From contig CAZTMA010000006.1 of NCBI GenBank assembly GCA_964614645.1, forward strand, positions 6,414 through 70,413: a DNA stretch of 64,000 bases, read 5' to 3'. Below the pieces are notes generated by a model, which saw nothing but the letters and a program-made list of their open reading frames with translations, did not search any database and was not told where the DNA came from. Both the position numbers and the translations under genes were made by a program. Positions within the stretch are counted from its first letter, which is position 1; each line of letters begins with the position of its first letter. Shown in pieces: positions 37,877 through 46,276 of the stretch. The DNA comes from an uncultured Anaerolineales bacterium. GTDB taxonomy: Bacteria > Chloroflexota > Anaerolineae > CG2-30-64-16.

Positions 37877-39436
37877 ATGCGCAAGGCGTTTACGAATGAA
37901 CCGTTTACCAATTTCAGCGTGGCTGAGAACGCGACAGCGTTCCGGGCTGCGCTTGAGCGGGTGCGCGGGCGGCTGGGCGAGGCCTACCCGCTCGTCATCG
38001 GCGGCGAGAAGATCACGACCGAGGACACCTTTGATTCGACCAACCCGGCCTGCCCCAGCGAGGTCATTGGCCGGGTGAGCAAGGCCACGCCGGAGCTGGC
38101 AGACCGGGCCGTTCGCGCCGCGGCGGAGGCATTCAAGATCTGGAGCCAGGTGCCCTATGCGGAGCGGGCCCGCTACCTGTTCCACGCGGCGCGGCTCATC
38201 CGCCAGCGCAAGCACGAGTTCAACGCGCTGCTGACGCTGGAGGCAGGCAAAACGTGGATCGAGGCGGACGTGGAGACGGCGGAAGTCATCGACTTCCTGG
38301 AATACTACGGCCGCGAGATGCTGCGGCTCGGCCCGCCGCACCCGACGACGGCAGACCCGAATCACGAGACCGAGATGCATTACATCCCGCTCGGGGTCGG
38401 CGTGGTCATCCCGCCGTGGAATTTCCCGCTGGCCATCATGGCGGGCATGAGCGCGGCCGCGTTCGTCACAGGCAACACGGTGGTGCTCAAACCGGCCAGC
38501 GCAACACCGGTCATGGCCGCGTGGATCGTGGACCTCTTCAACGAGGAGCTGCACCTGCCACCGGGCGTGTTCAACTTCGTGCCCGGGTCGGGCAGCGCGG
38601 TGGGCGACGTGCTGGTGGACCATCCGCTGACCCGCTTCATCGCGTTCACGGGCAGTAAGGAGATCGGCATCCGGGTGTTCCAGCGCGCTGCAGCCGTGCA
38701 GCCAGGGCAGAAGTGGCTCAAGCGCACCATCCTGGAGATGGGGGGCAAGGACGCGATCCTGGTGGACGAGACCGCGGACCTGGACGAGGCGGCCGCGGGC
38801 ATCGTGTCGGCCGCATTCGGCTACTCCGGCCAGAAGTGCTCGGCGTGCTCGCGCGCAGTGGTCGTGGAGTCGGTCTACGATGCGGTGCTGGAGAAGGTGA
38901 TTGCCCGCACGCAGAAGCTCGACGTGCGCGACCCGCAGTTCGGCCCCGGCGTCGAGATGGGCCCGGTTATCGACGACCGCGCGCTCGCCAAGCACCTAGA
39001 GTACATCGAAATCGGCAAGGAAGAGGGGCGGCTCGTCGTGGGTGGCCAGGCGCTGCCGAACGAATCGGGCGGCTACTTCCTCCAGCCGACCGTCTTTGCG
39101 GATATCGCGCCGGACGCGCGGCTCGCGCAGGAAGAAATCTTCGGCCCAGTGCTGAGCTTCATCAGGGTGCGCGACTTCGAGGAAGGGCTGGAGGTTGCGA
39201 ACAACACTGAGTACGGGCTGACGGGCGCGCTCTACTCGATGCGCCGTGACCGGCTGGAACGCGCGCGGATGGAGTTCCACTGCGGCAACCTGTACTTCAA
39301 CCGCAAGTGCAGCGGTGCACTGGTGGGCGTACAGCCGTTCGGCGGGTTCAATATGAGCGGCACCGACTCGAAGGCGGGCGGGCCGGATTATCTCCAGCTG
39401 TTCATGCAGGCGAAGGTGGTGAGCGAGCGGCTGTAA
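37877..39436 (+). CDS. pruA: L-glutamate gamma-semialdehyde (1-pyrroline-5-carboxylate) dehydrogenase, RocA type
   Basis: FTNEP, IPPWNFP, FTGS, LEMGGKD, GQKCSACSR, EEIFGP, QPFGGFNMSGTDSKAGGPDYL. Confidence 0.92.
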   Translation: MRKAFTNEPFTNFSVAENATAFRAALERVRGRLGEAYPLVIGGEKITTEDTFDSTNPACPSEVIGRVSKATPELADRAVRAAAEAFKIWSQVPYAERARYLFHAARLIRQRKHEFNALLTLEAGKTWIEADVETAEVIDFLEYYGREMLRLGPPHPTTADPNHETEMHYIPLGVGVVIPPWNFPLAIMAGMSAAAFVTGNTVVLKPASATPVMAAWIVDLFNEELHLPPGVFNFVPGSGSAVGDVLVDHPLTRFIAFTGSKEIGIRVFQRAAAVQPGQKWLKRTILEMGGKDAILVDETADLDEAAAGIVSAAFGYSGQKCSACSRAVVVESVYDAVLEKVIARTQKLDVRDPQFGPGVEMGPVIDDRALAKHLEYIEIGKEEGRLVVGGQALPNESGGYFLQPTVFADIAPDARLAQEEIFGPVLSFIRVRDFEEGLEVANNTEYGLTGALYSMRRDRLERARMEFHCGNLYFNRKCSGALVGVQPFGGFNMSGTDSKAGGPDYLQLFMQAKVVSERL

Positions 39437-39440
39437 CCTC

Positions 39441-39503
39441 GGTTCGTAGTAGGCGCTTCAGCGCCCGTGCGGACGCGGGGCGCTGAAGCGCCTACTACGA
39501 ACC
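39441..39503. repeat. GTAG-type REP-like palindrome
   Basis: Perfect 26-bp stem ggttcgtagtaggcgcttcagcgccc / gggcgctgaagcgcctactacgaacc. Confidence 0.85.
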
Positions 39504-39537
39504 TGCCGGGCGACCGGTGGTAGCTCCTACCCCGCGT

Positions 39538-39559
39538 GCAACGCTTCTGCAACAACTAT
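39538..39559 (+). promoter_or_regulatory. 11-bp direct-repeat box (putative SARP/BTAD operator) upstream of protease 1
   Basis: gcaacgcttct-gcaacaactat. Confidence 0.5.
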
Positions 39560-39676
39560 CAGGTGGAGATCGAGATGGATTGAGTAAGCGCCCTATGAGA
39601 CGCTGACGGCGCGTAATCCGGGACGGCCGGCTGCTACGGTATCCCCAAGGAGTCTATCCGAGGGGGTGCCCGAACC

Positions 39677-40801
39677 ATGGCCGTCCGTCCTGTTTTCCGC
39701 CGTCTCATGCTTGTCAGCGCGCTGGGCCTTGTGCTGCTGCTCGACAGCCCCGTGGCAGCCACGGCCCCGACGGTCACCGCTGTCGAACTTGAGCCCGCGA
39801 CCACACCACTCCACGGCCCGCAGCCGTTCGTAACCCTCTTCTGCCAGTTCCCAGACTACTATCAAACCTGGGGGCTAAGGGAATACTACGAGGCGCTGCT
39901 CGGCGCCGCGGAGCCGGGACTGGCCCACTATTGGGCAGAGGTGTCCTATGGACAGATCAGCCTGGACGGCAGCCGGGTCACGAGCTGGTATGTTATGCCG
40001 CATCCGACAGACGACTATGTGCTCCGGCAGGTCGACCAGGCCCTCCTCGACCGGTTAGCCACGGACTGCATGGCCGCGGCAGACGCCGATGTCTACTACC
40101 CAGACTACTTCGGCATCAACCTGGTCTTCAACTTCTGCCTGGAGACCGCTTACGGCGGCTGGCGATGGCTGACCCTCGATGGTCGCGAGAGGAGATACGG
40201 GGTGACCTGGCTTTGCATGGGCAAGCTAGGGTGGCAGTCTACGGTTGCGCACGAAATGGGGCATGCGTTCGGGCTGGCCCACTCGTCGGACCATTCTGGC
40301 GAACCCTACAACAACCCGTGGGATGTGATGAGTGGGTGCCGTTTTTGCCGGGTAGATCCGCCGTATGGCCCGATCGCTCAGCACCCGATCGCCTATCAGA
40401 AGGATCAACTGGGCTGGATTCCCCCGGAACGCAAGTACGTGGCGCAGGCCAGCAGCACAGCGCGCATCACGCTGGAACGATTAGCCCGGCCGGAAAAGGA
40501 CGACTACTTGATGGCACAGATCCCGCTGCCCGACGGCGGGTTCTACACGCTCGAGGCGCGGCGCCGGGTGGGCTATGACCGTAATGCGCCTGCTGATGGG
40601 GTGGTCATTCACCGGATCGGTCCGGGCGCCAGGCCAACGGTTGCGCTGGTAACGCATGAACCGACACGCAGCGTGCCGGTGGATAGCATCTGGGTCCCCG
40701 ACATGACCTTCCATGATGCCGCGCACAGCATCCGGGTTACGGTCGATCGCTCAAGCGGCACAGGCTACGTCGTGACGATCTCTAATGGTGCGGTCCGTTG
40801 A
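39677..40801 (+). CDS. Secreted M6/immune-inhibitor-A-like zinc metalloprotease (copy 1)
   Basis: Signal peptide; YWAEVSYGQ, HEMGHAFGLAH, Met-turn WDVMS, QLGWI, EARRRVGYD. Confidence 0.85.
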   Translation: MAVRPVFRRLMLVSALGLVLLLDSPVAATAPTVTAVELEPATTPLHGPQPFVTLFCQFPDYYQTWGLREYYEALLGAAEPGLAHYWAEVSYGQISLDGSRVTSWYVMPHPTDDYVLRQVDQALLDRLATDCMAAADADVYYPDYFGINLVFNFCLETAYGGWRWLTLDGRERRYGVTWLCMGKLGWQSTVAHEMGHAFGLAHSSDHSGEPYNNPWDVMSGCRFCRVDPPYGPIAQHPIAYQKDQLGWIPPERKYVAQASSTARITLERLARPEKDDYLMAQIPLPDGGFYTLEARRRVGYDRNAPADGVVIHRIGPGARPTVALVTHEPTRSVPVDSIWVPDMTFHDAAHSIRVTVDRSSGTGYVVTISNGAVR

Positions 40802-43800
40802 CTAGCACCCTCCGCTATCTCAGCTAACACATCATCCAGGTCGCGATTGCGGCCACGCTCGCGGGCCGCAGCCGATTCGTCTGCTGATAACTGGGCCTCG
40901 GCGTCCCGCAGCAACTTCCCCGCCACGTCACGAACGACGGCGGGCGTGCCGGACCACTGCAAGACGAAAGCACAAAGCTCGGCCGCCTGGGCCTGCTCAC
41001 TTTCCTGTAGCAGCGCCTCAGCCGTATATGCGATAGCCTCGGCCTTGGTGGCTGCCCTGTACTGACACGCCCGCAAAGCCTGACGGAAATGCTCGCGTGC
41101 TTGATGGGGATTCTTGTACCACAGTGCAACTCGCCCCAAACCGATCATCACAGACAGAGCAGCAGGCGTTCCAGGCGGCGCCCCACTTGCCTTGTACAGC
41201 CGCCTGGCAGCAGCCGGGTGCCCGCGCGCCAGCTCGATATCCCCCAATCCAATCAGACTCAGCGCAACCTCATATTGCATTCCTGCCTCGCGCGCGGCCG
41301 CCAGGCTCCGTCGCCAGATGACACGCGCCTGGGGGTAGTGCGCCCGGGCAAGCTCCACGGCGCCATGTATTCCCAGCGCCAGGACGCGCATTAGCGCATC
41401 CCCTTGGGCCGCTGCCAGCATCGACATCCGTTGCGCTGACTGCGCAGCCAATCCGAATTCGCCCAGGTATAGGAGCGCCCACGAGAGCAGATAGTGTTGA
41501 AAGCCAAGGATGAAATCTGAACCTGCCGCCTCGGCCAACTTACAGGCCAGTTGCGCCATATGCCGCGCTTCCTCGTATTCGCCAAGCAATGCAGCGCCCC
41601 ACCCAACCAGCATGTGTGCTTCAGGCAGCCAGTGAGAGATATCCCCGCTGTAGGGACAGAAGGCCCCCTCGCGCAGCTCGTCCAACGATGCCTGCCCCAG
41701 AGCCACCATAGCCGGGGCATCACCCCGGTCATAGGCAGCATACACCTGCCCACGGCTATAGAACCAGTGGGCCTCAGCCCAGCGCGCGTCGCGTGCTTCA
41801 ACCCGCTCCAGCCATACCCTTGCCTCCGCCAGACAAGCTGATGCGTCAGCGTATCGGGCAAGATAATGTAACCTCTCGCTCTGACTGGCCAACAGGAGCG
41901 CGAGGAGCACGGCTCGCGCGCGCCCGCGCTCCGTTATACAGTCCGCGGCTGGAGTCGCAGCCAGCCCGGGCTTGCTCGCGTCAAACAGCAGAGCGACCTC
42001 CGCGTTGCGGCCCAGTCGATCACCCAGAAACCCTAGCCCGTGGCACAGCCCCCAGGCAATCAACACTTCATCCTGTTTGACCATTCGGTCCCAAGCGGCG
42101 ATTACGTTACCAAAATCGGCAGCAATCTCAATAGTGGGCTTGCGGCCTTGGAACCACTGCTTCGCCAGCTCATGCAGCAGGTTCTCATAGTACGCAGCAT
42201 GTCGCTTCTGAACTTCGTTTCCCGTCTCGCCGCTTTCAGCTATATGCTCGCGCTCCAGCTTTCCCGCGCAGTACTGCCGCACCAGCTCGTGCAGCGTGTA
42301 GCGCCCTGCGACCGGCGATGGCAGCCAAGAGGTGTCGGCCAGGCTGGCCAGGTCCGCCGGTGTTGCGCCCGCCACCGCCTCCGCGGCTGCCCCGGTGAAC
42401 CCGCCTTGAAAGACCGACAACTGGCGCAACAGGCTGCGCTCGCGCGCGTTAAGCAGCCGCCAGGAGTAGTCGAAGGTGGCGGCCATGCTGCGTTGGCGGG
42501 GTGGCACATCGCGCAGCGTGGTCGTGAGCAGGTCCAGCCCCTGCGCCAGCCGTTCGGCGATTTCCTCCAGCGACAGAACGCGCGTCCAGGCCGCAGCCAT
42601 CTCGATCGCCAGCGGCGTACCGTCGATCAGGCGGCAGATCCGGGCAATCGCGCGGCCCGCCCCGGCATCCGCGGCGAAGTCCGGGCGCAGCCGGTGCACG
42701 CATGCCAGGAAAAGCGCGGTCGCAGCGTGCTGGTTCAGGGCCGCCAGCACCGCGTCCGGGCGCATCCCGGGCGATGTGCCGGCAGCCCATGCCTCCCGCG
42801 GCAGCGCCAACCCCTCCAGCGGCAGCAGCCACTCCGCACGCACGTTGAGCCGCGCCCGCGAGGTCGCCAACAGCTTTACCTCGGGCGCAGCCTCGGCCAG
42901 CCGCGTGACCAACCCGTATCCATCCCTCCTCTCCGGCTCCGCGCCGGTCAGCAGGTGTTCGTAGTTATCCAGCACCAGCAGCAGCTGCCGGTTGCGCAGG
43001 TGCTCGCACAACTGCTGGTCCAGCCCACCGGCAGTCTGCTGGGCCACGCCGAGGGCATTCAGGATCGCGGCGGACAGCAGTTCCGCTCGGGGCACCGGCG
43101 CGAGGTCCACGAAGCAGACGCCGTGCCGGTACTGCCCGGCCAGGTCCCGCGCCGCCTCCAGCGCCAGCCGCGTCTTCCCGATCCCGCCCGGGCCGATGAT
43201 GGTCAGCAGCCGGCAAGCTGGATCAGCCAGCCGTGCCGCCACATCGCCCAACTCCGCCTCCCGCCCGATGCAAGCCCCGGGCGCTGCCGGCAGATTGTTG
43301 ATGGGTTGCAGCGCACCTGCGGTCCTGCCTGACGAAACCTGCTGTACGCCCGTCTTCAGTTCCTCGTAGAGCGCCGTCGTCGCCGCCTCAGGCGGAATGC
43401 CCAGCTCACTTTCCAGCACCGTCCGGCACGCCTCGTACTGGGCAAACGCGGCTGCCCGGTCCCCCGCCGCAGCGTGGAGCCGCATCAGGCAGCGGTAGGC
43501 CGGCTCGCACAGCGGGTCCAGCGCCAGCCAGCGCCGCGCAAAAGCGACGGCGTGGGCGAAATCGCCCCGTTCGCCGTGTGCCAGAGCCAATTGCTCCAGC
43601 GCGCCGGCCAGCTCGAGGCGCAGCGACTCGGTCTGGAACGTCTGCCAGGCATCGAAGTCGGGTGCATCACGCAGCGAGAAACCCGCGAGGAAATCGTCCC
43701 GGTAGAGGTCGGCGGCCAGGGACAGGTTGGCGAGGCAGTCATCGCAGAGGTGGGGGGCAGGATGGTGATGGGCTGCCACCTGCGCGAGGCAGGCCCGGAA

Positions 43801-44100
43801 CCGGCCCACGTCCACCTCGATCGCGCCGCGGGGGAGGGCCACGCGATCCTCCTCGGCATCGAGGATGCCGGGGCCGAGAAGTTGGCGCAACTGGCTGAGG
43901 GCACGACGCAGGTTGGCCCGTGCCTCGCGCGGCCCGACCTCCGGCCAGAACAACGCGGCCAGCACGTCACGCGCATGGGCCTGGCCGGTGACGGCGAGGT
44001 AGGCCAACAGCGCCAGCGTCTTGTGCCGCTCGAAGTGGAGCGCCGCGCCATCCCGCTCGACCCGGGGCGTCCCAAACAACACAAGGTCCCGGCCGGACAT
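40765..44100 (-). CDS. AfsR/SARP-type regulator: wHTH-BTAD-NB-ARC(STAND)-TPR (copy 1)
   Basis: LALLAYLA, LDPLCE, GPGGIGKTRLA, LVLDNYEHL, TSR, GTPLAIE, LHELVRQY, TPR-like C-term; RBS AAGGAG. Confidence 0.92.
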   Translation of the reverse strand: MSGRDLVLFGTPRVERDGAALHFERHKTLALLAYLAVTGQAHARDVLAALFWPEVGPREARANLRRALSQLRQLLGPGILDAEEDRVALPRGAIEVDVGRFRACLAQVAAHHHPAPHLCDDCLANLSLAADLYRDDFLAGFSLRDAPDFDAWQTFQTESLRLELAGALEQLALAHGERGDFAHAVAFARRWLALDPLCEPAYRCLMRLHAAAGDRAAAFAQYEACRTVLESELGIPPEAATTALYEELKTGVQQVSSGRTAGALQPINNLPAAPGACIGREAELGDVAARLADPACRLLTIIGPGGIGKTRLALEAARDLAGQYRHGVCFVDLAPVPRAELLSAAILNALGVAQQTAGGLDQQLCEHLRNRQLLLVLDNYEHLLTGAEPERRDGYGLVTRLAEAAPEVKLLATSRARLNVRAEWLLPLEGLALPREAWAAGTSPGMRPDAVLAALNQHAATALFLACVHRLRPDFAADAGAGRAIARICRLIDGTPLAIEMAAAWTRVLSLEEIAERLAQGLDLLTTTLRDVPPRQRSMAATFDYSWRLLNARERSLLRQLSVFQGGFTGAAAEAVAGATPADLASLADTSWLPSPVAGRYTLHELVRQYCAGKLEREHIAESGETGNEVQKRHAAYYENLLHELAKQWFQGRKPTIEIAADFGNVIAAWDRMVKQDEVLIAWGLCHGLGFLGDRLGRNAEVALLFDASKPGLAATPAADCITERGRARAVLLALLLASQSERLHYLARYADASACLAEARVWLERVEARDARWAEAHWFYSRGQVYAAYDRGDAPAMVALGQASLDELREGAFCPYSGDISHWLPEAHMLVGWGAALLGEYEEARHMAQLACKLAEAAGSDFILGFQHYLLSWALLYLGEFGLAAQSAQRMSMLAAAQGDALMRVLALGIHGAVELARAHYPQARVIWRRSLAAAREAGMQYEVALSLIGLGDIELARGHPAAARRLYKASGAPPGTPAALSVMIGLGRVALWYKNPHQAREHFRQALRACQYRAATKAEAIAYTAEALLQESEQAQAAELCAFVLQWSGTPAVVRDVAGKLLRDAEAQLSADESAAARERGRNRDLDDVLAEIAEGASQRTAPLEIVTT

Positions 44101-44197
44101 CGTACAACTCCTTGCTGCCCACAAATTGTACCACAAAATCAAGAATTCGAGGCGGTGAACTTAGCGTCGCATCGGCCATAGACCGTCTTCCCGCACC

Positions 44198-44225
44198 GCA
44201 ACGATCCTGCAACGATTCTGACATC
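44198..44225 (+). promoter_or_regulatory. 11-bp direct-repeat box upstream of protease 2
   Basis: gcaacgatcct-gcaacgattct-gac. Confidence 0.6.
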
Positions 44226-44289
44226 AAATCTGATACGGCTGTTTGATAAATTGTCTCCAGAGAGGTTCGCTCTCTGGAGGTGACTTGCT

Positions 44290-45435
44290 ATGGTCGGCCG
44301 GTCTGCTGGCAGGGTCGTCGTTATGGTGCTGGTGCTGCTGTGCCTGTCCGCCTTGGATAGAACATCGATATCGCCGGCCGCGCAGGTTGTGGCGGCAGCA
44401 CATGCACCATCATCCCCGGAAGTCGTAGGGGGCCTGCACGGGCCGCAGCCGTTCGTGACCCTCTTCTGCCAGTTCCCCGATGTCCTGGAGAACATCGGAC
44501 TGCCCTCACACTACGAGGGGCTACTTGGCGACGCCGAGCCCGGCATCGCGGATTACTGGACTGAAGTCTCGTACGGGCAGATCAACCTGGCGGGGAGCCG
44601 TGTAACCCGCTGGTACTTGATGCCACACCCATCAAGCGCATATCCGCTCCTGCACATCACGCCAGAGACACTCGGCCGTCTCGCCGAAGACTGCACTTCA
44701 GCCGCGGACGCCGATGTCTTCTTCCCTGACTATGTGGGCATCAACCTGGTGTTCAATCTCTGGAAGGATACGGCATACGGGGGCAAGCTGGGCCTGTTGC
44801 TCGACAACCGGGAAAGACTCTACGGCGTGACCTGGCTCAGCCTGGGTGGCTTTGGCTGCCAAAGCGCCATTGCCCACGAGATGGGGCACGCCTTCGGGCT
44901 GACGCATTCAGCGAACGCGCGCGGCGAGGAGCACCGCAATCCCTGGGACGTGATGAGCGCCTGGGACAGCGGCCTGAAGCACCGCCAGTACGGCCACATC
45001 GCGCAGCATCCGATCGCGTACCACAAAGACCTGCTCGGCTGGATTCCCGCTGCCCGCAAGTTCATCGCGCAGCCGGGCACGACTAACACGATTACCCTCG
45101 AACGACTGGCACAACCGGCGACCGAGAATTACTTGATCGTCGAAATCCCGATACCCGGCGCGCCGGGCTGCTTCTATACTGTCGAGTCACGGCGTCGGGT
45201 GGGGTACGATCGCAACCTGCCGGCCGACGGCGTAGTCATCCACCGGATCGACCCCCACAGCTATCCGGCTGCGGTGGTGCTGGCGCATGACACGGTCGAT
45301 GGGGTGCTCGTGGCGAGCGCGTGGCGGCCCGGCGATGTATTCACGGATGCCCAGCAGGGAATTCGCATCGCGGTCGACCGCGCCACCGATACCGGCTACA
45401 TGGTGGCGATCTCAACCAGCACGATGGGGAAGTAG
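44290..45435 (+). CDS. Secreted M6-like zinc metalloprotease (copy 2)
   Basis: Paralog of 39677; LHGPQPFVTLFCQFPD, HEMGHAFGLTH, WDVMS; RBS GGAGG. Confidence 0.85.
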   Translation: MVGRSAGRVVVMVLVLLCLSALDRTSISPAAQVVAAAHAPSSPEVVGGLHGPQPFVTLFCQFPDVLENIGLPSHYEGLLGDAEPGIADYWTEVSYGQINLAGSRVTRWYLMPHPSSAYPLLHITPETLGRLAEDCTSAADADVFFPDYVGINLVFNLWKDTAYGGKLGLLLDNRERLYGVTWLSLGGFGCQSAIAHEMGHAFGLTHSANARGEEHRNPWDVMSAWDSGLKHRQYGHIAQHPIAYHKDLLGWIPAARKFIAQPGTTNTITLERLAQPATENYLIVEIPIPGAPGCFYTVESRRRVGYDRNLPADGVVIHRIDPHSYPAAVVLAHDTVDGVLVASAWRPGDVFTDAQQGIRIAVDRATDTGYMVAISTSTMGK

Positions 45436-45500
45436 GTTCGTAGTAGGTGCTTCAGCGCCAGTTCCAGGTTGAGGGGCGCTGAAGCACCTACTACGAACCT
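45434..45500. repeat. GTAG-type REP-like palindrome
   Basis: aggttcgtagtaggtgcttcagcgcc / ggcgctgaagcacctactacgaacct; overlaps the protease stop codon. Confidence 0.85.
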
Positions 45501-45519
45501 CTCGCGCGACCGTGACAGA

Positions 45520-45566
45520 CTGAGCGCGAATTCTGGAACGATTCTGGAACACGGGCGCGGTACACT
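45520..45566 (+). promoter_or_regulatory. 11-bp direct-repeat box plus -10 element
   Basis: gcgcgaattct-ggaacgattct-ggaac, TACACT at 45561. Confidence 0.6.
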
Positions 45567-45637
45567 CCCAGTGTCGTGCAGCATCGGTGCATCGCTTACC
45601 GGCGGCACCGATCACAGGTGACGAAAGAAGTTCGATC

Positions 45638-46168
45638 ATGCATACGCGAACGTTGACCATCATCGGAGTGCTGGCGCTGCTCGTCATGGTGCTGACCACT
45701 GCGACGGCAGCCGCCGACAACCGCACACCCTTCAGCGGGCAACAGTACTGGGGCCCGGAGGGTGAGCCGGAACGCTATTGGGAGCCCGGAAACAATGCTT
45801 TCTTCTGGCGTGACTATCCGTTCACCTTCTATCTCCTGTCGACCGACCCACGCTATCAGGGGACGATGCTCGTCAACCACAACGGCAACTACTGGCTGGA
45901 ACCCAATAGCCCTATCGGTGCAGTGGGGCAGACCTGGGGTACGTTCCGAATCGAGGCTGACTGGGATCTGGTCTTCGGCAACTGTCCCGACTACTGGGAG
46001 GGCACATTCACCGGCGATGTGGCCGCTGACGGCCGTGAAGTGATCAAGAGCAGGGCCAAGGGCTACGGCGCCTACGCAGGCCTGCAACTCCGCACGACAG
46101 CATCTACGCTCCACACTGTTGACGTCTACTACACTGTCGAGGGCGAGATCCTGGACCCGGGCAAGTAA
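45638..46168 (+). CDS. Secreted hypothetical protein (beta-rich)
   Basis: Signal peptide ending ATAAA-D; aromatic/Gly-rich mature part. Confidence 0.75.
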   Translation: MHTRTLTIIGVLALLVMVLTTATAAADNRTPFSGQQYWGPEGEPERYWEPGNNAFFWRDYPFTFYLLSTDPRYQGTMLVNHNGNYWLEPNSPIGAVGQTWGTFRIEADWDLVFGNCPDYWEGTFTGDVAADGREVIKSRAKGYGAYAGLQLRTTASTLHTVDVYYTVEGEILDPGK

Positions 46169-46229
46169 TCCGCCCGGCCTGAAGTTATGGCGAACGCGAC
46201 GCAGAGTAGTCACACGATGACGGCCGCCG

Positions 46230-46276
46230 CAGGTTCGTAGTGGGCGCAAGGCGCTGAAGCGCCCACTACGAACCTG
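46230..46276. repeat. GTAG-type REP-like palindrome (shortened)
   Basis: caggttcgtagtgggcgc / gcgcccactacgaacctg; contains the TAG stop of regulator 2. Confidence 0.8.

Noticed and set aside
39441-46276. REP hairpins as CRISPR repeats or integron attC sites
   Set aside because: They are dispersed rather than regularly spaced, there are no cas genes or integron integrase, and the stems are near-perfect without the attC extrahelical-base pattern.
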